This document shows, piece by piece, positions 29,269 through 35,710 of a DNA stretch of 64,000 nt. A program made the translations under genes and the position numbers. The notes beneath the pieces were generated by a model, which made no database searches, was not told where the DNA came from, and saw only the letters and a list, made by a program, of their open reading frames with translations. The stretch lies in sequence record ON529850.1, one strand, 5' to 3'. Each line of letters opens with the position of its first letter. The first letter of the stretch is position 1.

Positions 29269-29325
29269 CAAGACAGTCCCGGCCGCTAAACCGGAACCTG
29301 AGGAGTTGAACCTCTGCACTGAAGT

Positions 29326-29402
29326 TGGGAGCGGGGGAAGGATTCGCACCTCCGACCTTCGGATTATGAGTCCGACGCGCTACTTGACTGCGCTACCCCG
29401 CG
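29326..29402 (-). tRNA. tRNA-Met(CAU), initiator-like (C1 mismatch)
   Basis: CGCGGGG/CCCCGCT acceptor with C1:U72 mismatch, TCGGA-CT-CAT-AA-TCCGA, encoded CCA. Confidence 0.88.
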
Positions 29403-29780
29403 TTAATCGTGAAACCCGCACCCTGGTCGCCGGCGAATGCTAACCGCCACGATGGTCCAGAATGACGGGGCCAGGCTCCACAGGCATACCCCGCATTTCC
29501 GAACGGCTTCCGGGGTAGCAACCCTTCCACCGCCCAGCTGATCTTCGACCGGAGGGAGTGGGACAAGTTATCCCGTCTCCGGCCCGGTGAACTACTCAGC
29601 CTGCCCTTGACCTGGGCTTCCCCAGATCGCCGGCACGACTTTTCGCCAACCAAACTCTATTCACGGAGGCGGACGAAGCACCCGGCGTGGATCGGAGCTG
29701 GGAGGCCCCTTTCCTGGACGGGCCGCCGTGCTCAGGTCGGTTTACCGTCGTCATCGCCGCCGGCGTCCGCCTGCGTGAAG
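29403..29780 (-). ncRNA. Unassigned structured RNA region
   Basis: Long-range helices TCACG-GAGGCGGACG/CGTCCGCCT-GCGTGA (29661-29778) and GCCGGCGA/TCGCCGGC (about 29427-29636); no credible ORF. Confidence 0.4.
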
Positions 29781-30210
29781 AGAGTGGGGAACTTTCTGTT
29801 CCAAGGCCCGGCAAGCCGGGGTTCCCCATACCCGTGGGCGCCCTTAGGCGGCCAGGAGGACTCGTTCGCCAGCGGCGAAGTTGTCGTTGGAAGCTTCGAC
29901 AGTTGTCAAAGTTGGATCGTGAGCGGCCGAAGCCGCCATGCAGACCCTAGCACCCGTCATTCAATCCCGTCACCAACGTCAATCGATACTATTCGGCCCC
30001 CTAACAGGATGTCCACCCTGGCTTTCGGCGCACACAGGAAACCTGCATGCTTCGCCGGGAACTAGCCTCATCCCCTGACGCCGGTATGGAATAGGCCATG
30101 CCTGACGCGCCGGATGGGCACCCTGTTGGTGGAGCCGACGGGATTCGCACCCGTGTCTTGTCCGTCTGTTTCGTTCTCTCTGCTTTGGACCGGAGTCCGC
30201 TGCGCGACGA
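29780..30210 (-). ncRNA. ssrA: Two-piece (circularly permuted) tmRNA
   Basis: Acceptor piece ends ACGGG-TGCGAAT-CCCGT-CGGCTCC-ACCA (30127); coding piece starts GGGGCCG (30000) giving G3-U70; tag ORF 29844-29900 VEASNDNFAAGERVLLAA*; 3' end of coding piece approximate. Confidence 0.9.
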
Positions 30211-30216
30211 AATGCC

Positions 30217-30245
30217 TGTATAGCGAGGCCGCTCGGACGAGTCAA
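30217..30245 (-). promoter_or_regulatory. sigma70-like promoter for the tmRNA/tRNA unit
   Basis: TTGACT-17-TATACA preceded by GC. Confidence 0.7.
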
Positions 30246-30299
30246 GGATTACGTCAAATATTTTTCGAAGAGCCAGGATTTTCTACGACGAAGTGTAGA

Positions 30300-30386
30300 T
30301 GGAGGGGACAGTCGGGATCGAACCGACGATACGCTTTCGCGAGCCGGGGTTGCAATCCGGCGCCTTACCACTCGGTCCATGTCCCC
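30300..30386 (-). tRNA. tRNA-Cys(GCA) with extended variable arm
   Basis: GGGGACA/TGTCCCC acceptor, U73, GCA anticodon, CGC-GAAA-GCG variable hairpin, encoded CCA. Confidence 0.88.
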
Positions 30387-30525
30387 CCGAGCGCGACGCT
30401 CGTCCTTGCTCCTGACGGTCCCGTGGGTCGGTCCCAACAGCAGCAGGGTTGCACGGCCCCATGCCGCTCCGCTCCCGTGCTAGAGGCGCGATACGATGAG
30501 GACGAGACGTCGCCAGTCGGGGTCT
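30387..30525 (-). ncRNA. Structured leader or small RNA upstream of tRNA-Cys
   Basis: GCGACG-TCTCGTCCT / AGGACGAG-CGTCGC closing helix; upstream TTGACA at 30569-30574. Confidence 0.35.
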
Positions 30526-30685
30526 TGAGTCCCAACCGAACCGATATTCTGCCCAATGACGGCCTTCCTGTCAACGATTGTCGAGGGGGGCAAGTTTAAC
30601 GGGGCTCAAACCCTGATAAAATAAGGGTTTGACAGGCTTGTTAAGGGTTGATATACGTAGGTCGTTGAAACGGAGACACCTGAAA

Positions 30686-31390
30686 ATGCTGCAACCTGTT
30701 CACGGTTACATCCCCGATCGCACCCGCTGGTGTGGACCCACCGCCCTGGCGGCGATTACCGGCCTACCCTACGCCGACTGCTTGGAGAGATTTCGACAGC
30801 TCCGGAGGAACCGAGGGCGCCGGGCGGTCGTCAAGGGTGTGGCGCAGAAAGACATGCGCGCCGTCTTGATCGGCCTGGGATACCGAATACAGGACGTCAC
30901 GCCTGCGGCGGGTCCCTCCCTGGCGCGATGGCTGGACAACCGAGCGGGCGCCGACGCCTTGTCGACCTTCCTGATCGTCGCCGGCAACCACTATATCACG
31001 GTGCGCGGCGATGAAGGTCTCTGCTCCTTGACCCACGGAAAACCCGTCCCCCTGGCGCAGCTGAAGAAGCGCCGCGCCGCCGTGACCGACGCCTGGCGGA
31101 TCGTGAAGCCGGCCCAGCTCACCCTCACTCCACTGCCTAAGCCCAAGCCCTGTCCGATCAAGCGGATGGACCAGCAGCACTATCAGGCGTTCCGCGCCTT
31201 CGCCCGCGCCCAGGGGTTCACCTACCGTCGCTACGATGAGGCCGGCCTGCCCTATGTCCAGACCTCGCCCTTCGGCCCCTTCCCGAAAGGGATCGACACC
31301 ATGCACCATGGCTGGGACGAGACCCTGGAGCGGCTTCGCACCTGCGTCGCCCATCCGGACGAAGTTCACAACGGCTACTACTCCGAATGA
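30686..31390 (+). CDS. Hypothetical protein with C39-like cysteine peptidase motifs
   Basis: WCGPTALA (Cys) and GNHYITV (His); own TTGACA promoter (30629) and terminator. Confidence 0.55.
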   Translation: MLQPVHGYIPDRTRWCGPTALAAITGLPYADCLERFRQLRRNRGRRAVVKGVAQKDMRAVLIGLGYRIQDVTPAAGPSLARWLDNRAGADALSTFLIVAGNHYITVRGDEGLCSLTHGKPVPLAQLKKRRAAVTDAWRIVKPAQLTLTPLPKPKPCPIKRMDQQHYQAFRAFARAQGFTYRRYDEAGLPYVQTSPFGPFPKGIDTMHHGWDETLERLRTCVAHPDEVHNGYYSE

Positions 31391-31391
31391 C

Positions 31392-31425
31392 AAAACCCCC
31401 GGCGGTTGATCCGCCGGGGGTTTTT
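31392..31425. terminator. Bidirectional terminator
   Basis: AAAACCCCCGGCGG-TTGAT-CCGCCGGGGGTTTTT. Confidence 0.9.
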
Positions 31426-31612
31426 ACGTCGAATTCCGTCTTGGCCGACGTCGCCTCAAGCGCTCCCTTCTGGGGACCCGCGCCATGGTTTGTCCGAGGG
31501 GCTAGGTGCTCGATCCTCCCCGGCTCACGATCGTTAACCCCGGCAGAACAGGGTAGACAAGCACGAACGCGATGAAATCGCCCCGATCGACAAGAGACTT
31601 GCTGACCAGATC
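31426..31612 (-). ncRNA. Candidate ncRNA of about 190 nt
   Basis: Between TTGACA (31641-31646) and the 31392 terminator; no ORF; CCCGATC/GATCGGG and other hairpins. Confidence 0.4.
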
Positions 31613-31647
31613 GGGATCATATTGACGGGATTCGTGTCGGTGTCAAG

Positions 31648-32113
31648 TGGGACCTCTGGTCCCCGTCACGCCTGGTGCTGATTTCTCGGCCGGCGTTCGC
31701 CTCAGATGAATCGGCCTGTCACTTCACCGCGAAGTTCCGTGTCATCATCACGGTGCTCAGCCGACCTGCCCCATGTGTGAGGCCGAGCATTTTCCAGACA
31801 GGACCCTTTCCGGGCCACGGGGGCAGTGAAACCAAATCCGCGCCGCCTCTGGCGACCGTCAAGCCTGCTTTGCGATCTCGGGGGGCTTTCCCCTCACCAT
31901 CCGACCAGCCGAGCGGATGTGCCCGTCAGACTTGGAGTGGGAAGTCCCCAAGGCTGAAATGCGTTGCCGGCGCTTGTCGCACTCCGACCTTCCAGACGCT
32001 CACCGACCCGACTTCGTCGCCTCGAAGCTGAGGGGCCGTACTTACTCCCGACGACCTGCTTCAACGGCGCGACACGCATCCCGCAGGTTTCGACGATCTT
32101 CGCCGTTCTGTAA
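31648..32113 (-). ncRNA. Candidate large structured ncRNA of about 460 nt
   Basis: TTGACA(32143-32148)-17-GTAAAT promoter; no credible ORF; many hairpins with GAAA-type loops. Confidence 0.5.
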
Positions 32114-32151
32114 GTCGCCATTTACGTCGGTATTTGTCAGCCTGTCAAACA

Positions 32152-32186
32152 AAAAAGCCCCGCGCCATAGGGGCGCGGGGCTCTTT
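32152..32186 (-). terminator. Terminator of the Y RNA-rsr operon
   Basis: GCCCCGCGCC-ATAGG-GGCGCGGGGC with A6 (U-tract on minus). Confidence 0.85.
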
Positions 32187-32204
32187 CGCTCGGGGAAACG
32201 TACG

Positions 32205-33575
32205 TCAGTCGGCGGTGACGCCGTCCAGCTGGATCGCCTCGCTTTCGGCGATGTAGCGCAACACGTTCTCGGAGAACCCGTCGATGTGGGTCCAGCCGTT
32301 GCCGTAGCCGACGCCGTTCTTGGCCGAGGCGACGTTGATCATGTAGGCGCGCGACGCCTTGGGCGCCGGCATGCCGCGATTTTCCGCCTGCGCCTGTTCG
32401 TCGGTGATGACGATCAGGCGATCCGCCTGGACGTTCTCGTTGATCGCCCGGATCGCCGAAGCCAGGGCCGTGCCACGCCACGGCTGCGACTTGCGGATCG
32501 CATCCACTCCCGCCATGCCCTTGCGGGCCGGCGTCTCGACCAGGGCGTTGGAGAAGGTGAAGACGCGCACGTCCTCGCCCGGCACGATCGACGCCAGGGT
32601 GGCACCGGCGTCCATCCGGGTCAGATCGGATTTGGCGGACAGACGGGCGTCCATCGAACCCGAGACGTCCACCAGCACCACGGTCGACCCCTTCAACGGC
32701 TGCGCCGCCTTGATCGATTCCACCAGGGCTTGATCCAGCGCCGGCTCGAAGGACGGCGCATAGCGAGCCGCCGCCGTGAAGCGGAACGGCAGCACGCGGT
32801 CGGCGCCCTTGCGCGCCCGGATCGCGGCGTTGACCAAGGCGCGGTCGACGCCCGCCTGCTCCATGTTGCGCAGGTTGCGCAGCAGGGCCAGGTATCCGAG
32901 CTTATTCTCACGCAGGAGCCGCTCGAAGGTTTCCTTCTTGTCGGCGCCGCCCGACAGGGCGACTTCCCAGGTGTCCGGCGCTTCCAGAGCGTTATCGACC
33001 AGGCGGCCGAGCAGCTCGCCCTGTTCCGCCGACTTCGGCTTGACGTGGGCCAGGAAGAGCACGTCACGCAGACGCACGTCCTTGGCGCGATCGTACTTGG
33101 CGATCTGATAGGGATCGAACTTCACGAAGGCGGCGGCCAGGCCCTTCTTGACCTGCGCCGACAGAGGCGCCTTGCGACGCGCATCGCGCGGCGGATTCAT
33201 CGCCCAGTAGAGCGCCAGGAACTCCGACAGTTCATCCGCACGCTGGATGACGCGCTCGATGGTGCTCGACACCAGGGCCGAGCCCGAGCCGCGCTTCGCC
33301 AGAACGACCAGCAGCAGCAGCGGCGCATGGCGGAGCTTGGCGACTTCACGCGCTTCGATCGCCAGGGCCGCCAGCGAATCCACGGGCACTTCCTGGGCCA
33401 GGGTCTGGATACGGTCGGCGATGGTGACGCCGTCTTCGTAGAATTCGCCCTCCCAGAGCATGCAGGAAAGCACCGACCGGCGCAGCGCCTGGATCGGCGT
33501 CATGCGCGCCGCGACGGCGCCCTCATGGGTGCGTTCGTTGAACGTCTTGCGGGTATTGGCGTTGATCGCGCCCAT
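32205..33575 (-). CDS. rsr: Ro60/TROVE-domain RNA-binding protein with C-terminal vWA
   Basis: THEGA, WEGEFYEDG, QRADEL.E, KFDPYQIAKY, PDTWEVALS, LGYLALLRNLRN, VLPFRF, VDVSGSM (MIDAS), ITDEQ; AAGGAGG RBS. Confidence 0.95.
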   Translation of the reverse strand: MGAINANTRKTFNERTHEGAVAARMTPIQALRRSVLSCMLWEGEFYEDGVTIADRIQTLAQEVPVDSLAALAIEAREVAKLRHAPLLLLVVLAKRGSGSALVSSTIERVIQRADELSEFLALYWAMNPPRDARRKAPLSAQVKKGLAAAFVKFDPYQIAKYDRAKDVRLRDVLFLAHVKPKSAEQGELLGRLVDNALEAPDTWEVALSGGADKKETFERLLRENKLGYLALLRNLRNMEQAGVDRALVNAAIRARKGADRVLPFRFTAAARYAPSFEPALDQALVESIKAAQPLKGSTVVLVDVSGSMDARLSAKSDLTRMDAGATLASIVPGEDVRVFTFSNALVETPARKGMAGVDAIRKSQPWRGTALASAIRAINENVQADRLIVITDEQAQAENRGMPAPKASRAYMINVASAKNGVGYGNGWTHIDGFSENVLRYIAESEAIQLDGVTAD

Positions 33576-33626
33576 GGGTGCCTCCTTCAGGACTGGTCAA
33601 ATAGGGCGCGCCGGACCAGTCGAGGC

Positions 33627-33768
33627 GGGGTTGGGGAGGATCAATCGGCGACGCCTCATGGCGCTCTATCCAACTGAGCTACCGCCGGAAAACCGGCGAG
33701 CGGAACTCGAATCCGCGACCTCCCGATTAGCAGTCGAAGAATGCGTCTCCTGCGCCATCCCCAACCCC
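33627..33768 (-). ncRNA. Y RNA-like element Y1 (YrlA-type, permuted tRNA module)
   Basis: GGGGTTGGGGA/TCCCCAACCCC stem; T arm GCGGA-TTCGAGT-TCCGC, acceptor closed by TTTT, D arm TAGCTCAGTTGGATAGAGC; shared TGGCG-AG motif. Confidence 0.85.
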
Positions 33769-33778
33769 CTCGGTCTGA

Positions 33779-33915
33779 TCCGGCGCGCTGGTAGGCGGGC
33801 GGGGGATTAAGCGAAGACGGGGCGGGTTCGAACCGCAGGACCGGCACCAAGAGCCGGGCTTCAACCAAGAAGTATCCGTCGTCTACGCCACCCGCCCGCC
33901 AACCAGCGCGCCGGA
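33779..33915 (-). ncRNA. Y RNA-like element Y2 (T arm only)
   Basis: Long terminal stem TCCGGCGCGCTGGT/ACCAGCGCGCCGGA; TGGCGTAG-N8-TACTTC; T arm GCGG-TTCGAAC-CCGC; no D arm. Confidence 0.75.
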
Positions 33916-33919
33916 GACC

Positions 33920-34069
33920 AACAGGGCGACGGGGGATCAATCGACCCCACCGACGTTTGACCGTGCTACCCCTACACTAAAAGCGCGCAGTGCGCTTCCC
34001 AGGAGTTGAACCTGGCCTTGCCGCTCCCATAGCGATGAAAGTGACGTCTACGCCACCCGTCGCCCTGTT
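33920..34069 (-). ncRNA. Y RNA-like element Y3 (YrlA-type)
   Basis: AACAGGGCGACGGG/CCCGTCGCCCTGTT stem; TGGCGTAG; T arm CCAGG-TTCAACT-CCTGG; closed acceptor; D arm TAGTGTAGGGGTAGCAC. Confidence 0.85.
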
Positions 34070-34077
34070 GTTCAACC

Positions 34078-34249
34078 GAAAGACGTAAGGTAGGCCGTCA
34101 GGGGTTTGAGCGACAAGGCATTGCGTTGTCTAATGCTCTACCAGCTGAGCTACCGCCGGCCGAAGCCAACGAGCGGGAGTTGAACCCGCGACCACCAGAT
34201 GAGAAGTAGTCCTTGCCTACGCCACCTGACGGCCTGCCTTACGTCTTTC
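34078..34249 (-). ncRNA. Y RNA-like element Y4 (YrlA-type)
   Basis: 25-bp terminal stem GAAAGACGTAAGG...; TGGCGTAG-N8-TACTTC; T arm GCGGG-TTCAACT-CCCGC; acceptor capped by UUCG; D arm TAGCTCAGCTGGTAGAGC. Confidence 0.88.
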
Positions 34250-34370
34250 CGTCGATCCCTGGCGGGATCATCCCGAAGTCCTATATGCCGCCGAGGTTCA
34301 GATGATTCCGGTGTTGAGTGCCCAAGAGGTGGACATTTTACCGAAGTAGCCGAAACCTACGCCATCGACG
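34250..34370 (-). ncRNA. Y RNA-like element Y5 (no tRNA module)
   Basis: CGTCGAT/ATCGACG stem; TGGCGTAG-N8-TACTTC. Confidence 0.7.
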
Positions 34371-34381
34371 ACGAATAGGGC

Positions 34382-34465
34382 GTCCGGGATTAGGCGGAAC
34401 CGAGAGCGGGGGCTAGGCCCCCAGACGTACCAAAAACGAAGAACTCGGTCCCTGTCGCCACGGAC
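34382..34465 (-). ncRNA. Y RNA-like element Y6 (short, no tRNA module)
   Basis: GTCCG/CGGAC stem; TGGCGACAG-N8-TTCTTC; begins at the predicted TSS. Confidence 0.6.
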
Positions 34466-34471
34466 AATGCG

Positions 34472-34500
34472 CTTATGCCCGAGGCGGACTCTGCTGTCAA
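34472..34500 (-). promoter_or_regulatory. Promoter of the Y RNA array-rsr operon
   Basis: TTGACA(34500-34495)-17-CATAAG. Confidence 0.65.
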
Positions 34501-34534
34501 CACGGCTGACGGAAAAAGTTGCGATTTACGGCAA

Positions 34535-34564
34535 GAAAAAAGCCCCCGGCGAACCGGGGGCTTT
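34535..34564 (-). terminator. Terminator downstream of the repressor-like gene
   Basis: AAAAAAGCCCCCGG-CGAA-CCGGGGGCTTT (UUCG loop on minus). Confidence 0.85.
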
Positions 34565-34587
34565 GAACGTCAGTAAATCAAAGGGAT

Positions 34588-35403
34588 TTAGAGCGCCCCC
34601 ATGGCGCCGACCACGCGGCCGAGGATTTTGATCGACGTCGGATCGACCTCCTCGTAGTGGCGCAGGTCGGCGTCGTAGATGCGGATCATCTTGGAGCGCG
34701 GCGGCGTGGTCAACTGCGCCACCACCAGGGCGCCGTCGCGGGCGAAGGCGAACGCCGCCGCCGAAGCCGTCGGCATCTGATCCTTGGCGACGAAGACCAT
34801 ATCGCCGGGCTTGGCCCGATCGCTGAAGTCGTCGACCATGATCAGCACCATGTCCGAACCCGGAACGGCGAAGCGATCTTCCATCCAGGCTTCGTCCAGC
34901 GACCAGGTGCCGACCGTTTGGAACGAGACGCCGCGCGCGGCCTTCTTGAGGGCGACTTCTTCGATCGTGCCGCGCGAGCCGATGCCGAAGGTCAGCCATT
35001 CGGGCGTGCATTTCAGCGCGGTCGCCAGGCTCTTGATCTTCTCCAGATCAGGCACGACGTCGCCGGTCTCATACATGCAGTAGCCGGAGCGGGACAGCGT
35101 CTTCCAGGTGCCGCCGTTCTTGTTGTAGAAGGTGACCTGGGACGACACGTCATCCTGAGACAGGTTCAGCTCCAGCCGGCGGGCCACCAGGCGATCGCCC
35201 AAGGTGGTGGGGTTGTCGACGGTCACGGTGGTCGAGCCCTTGCGGTGCATCGGCGAGCGGGTCTTGACGTCTTGAACTTCCGGGACGGGGTCCGGCTTGA
35301 CGCGGGTCTTGGCGGCGGGCGCCGCAGCCTTGCGGGCCTGAGTCTTGGCGACCGCCGGTTTGGCGGCCTTGGTCGAGCGTTCCTTAACGAGGGCTTGCCC
35401 CAT
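34588..35403 (-). CDS. CI-like XRE-family HTH regulator with S24-like C-terminal domain
   Basis: LGDRLVARRLELNLSQDDVS...YETGDVVPDLEKIKSLATALKCTPEWLTFG; C-terminal KPGDMVFV beta-domain. Confidence 0.8.
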   Translation of the reverse strand: MGQALVKERSTKAAKPAVAKTQARKAAAPAAKTRVKPDPVPEVQDVKTRSPMHRKGSTTVTVDNPTTLGDRLVARRLELNLSQDDVSSQVTFYNKNGGTWKTLSRSGYCMYETGDVVPDLEKIKSLATALKCTPEWLTFGIGSRGTIEEVALKKAARGVSFQTVGTWSLDEAWMEDRFAVPGSDMVLIMVDDFSDRAKPGDMVFVAKDQMPTASAAAFAFARDGALVVAQLTTPPRSKMIRIYDADLRHYEEVDPTSIKILGRVVGAMGAL

Positions 35404-35593
35404 GGTGTTACTCCTCTCTTTCTGTGACCGGCCTCCCGGTCAGCGGCGCCATGTCGTCACGGATAACCGTGAATGACAGGATTGGTTGCAAGGGATGTAG
35501 AGTTTTCCGCGAACCCTTGCAACCTGAAAATTGGAAAACGTCCCATTTCGCAAGGGTTTGAAGGGGTTGTGAAGTTTACACATGCGTAAAGAA

Positions 35594-35629
35594 AATCCCG
35601 TCAGAAACTGCTAAGTCTCTGACGGGATT
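35594..35629 (-). terminator. Terminator after dut
   Basis: AATCCCGTCAGA...TCTGACGGGATT inverted repeat with A-tract. Confidence 0.7.
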
Positions 35630-35710
35630 GGTATTTCAGGTTCGGTTCTCAGCGAGTGACAGAACTTCTGGCGCCCACATTCAAATCGAAAAATTCTTGA
35701 CTCGGTCGAA

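Noticed and set aside
29403-29800. RNase P RNA or SRP RNA
   Set aside because: Partial look-alikes exist (GAAAAGTCG, GGTAAAC, CACGATTA), but the order, spacing and bulged-U P4 geometry do not fit, and no SRP TCAGG/AGCAG loop was found. Left unassigned.
29596-30599. ORF-track proteins overlapping the tmRNA/tRNA cluster, 31675-32121 and 63166-63872
   Set aside because: They overlap clear RNA genes or terminators, have atypical composition and show no RBS or motifs.
25480-30660. CtrA boxes (TTAA-N7-TTAA) at phage promoters
   Set aside because: Only half-sites or mismatched versions (e.g. near 30642) were seen by eye; not supportable without a PWM scan.
33627-34249. Y1, Y3 and Y4 as ordinary tRNA genes or pseudogenes
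   Set aside because: Arms are in permuted order (T before D), the acceptor is closed by a loop, and there is no CCA or canonical anticodon loop.
33627-34465. Y-element array as a CRISPR array
   Set aside because: The shared motifs are degenerate, embedded in self-closing stems and irregularly spaced; there is no cas operon. The Cas4-like gene at 47278 is a solo phage exonuclease in the replication module.
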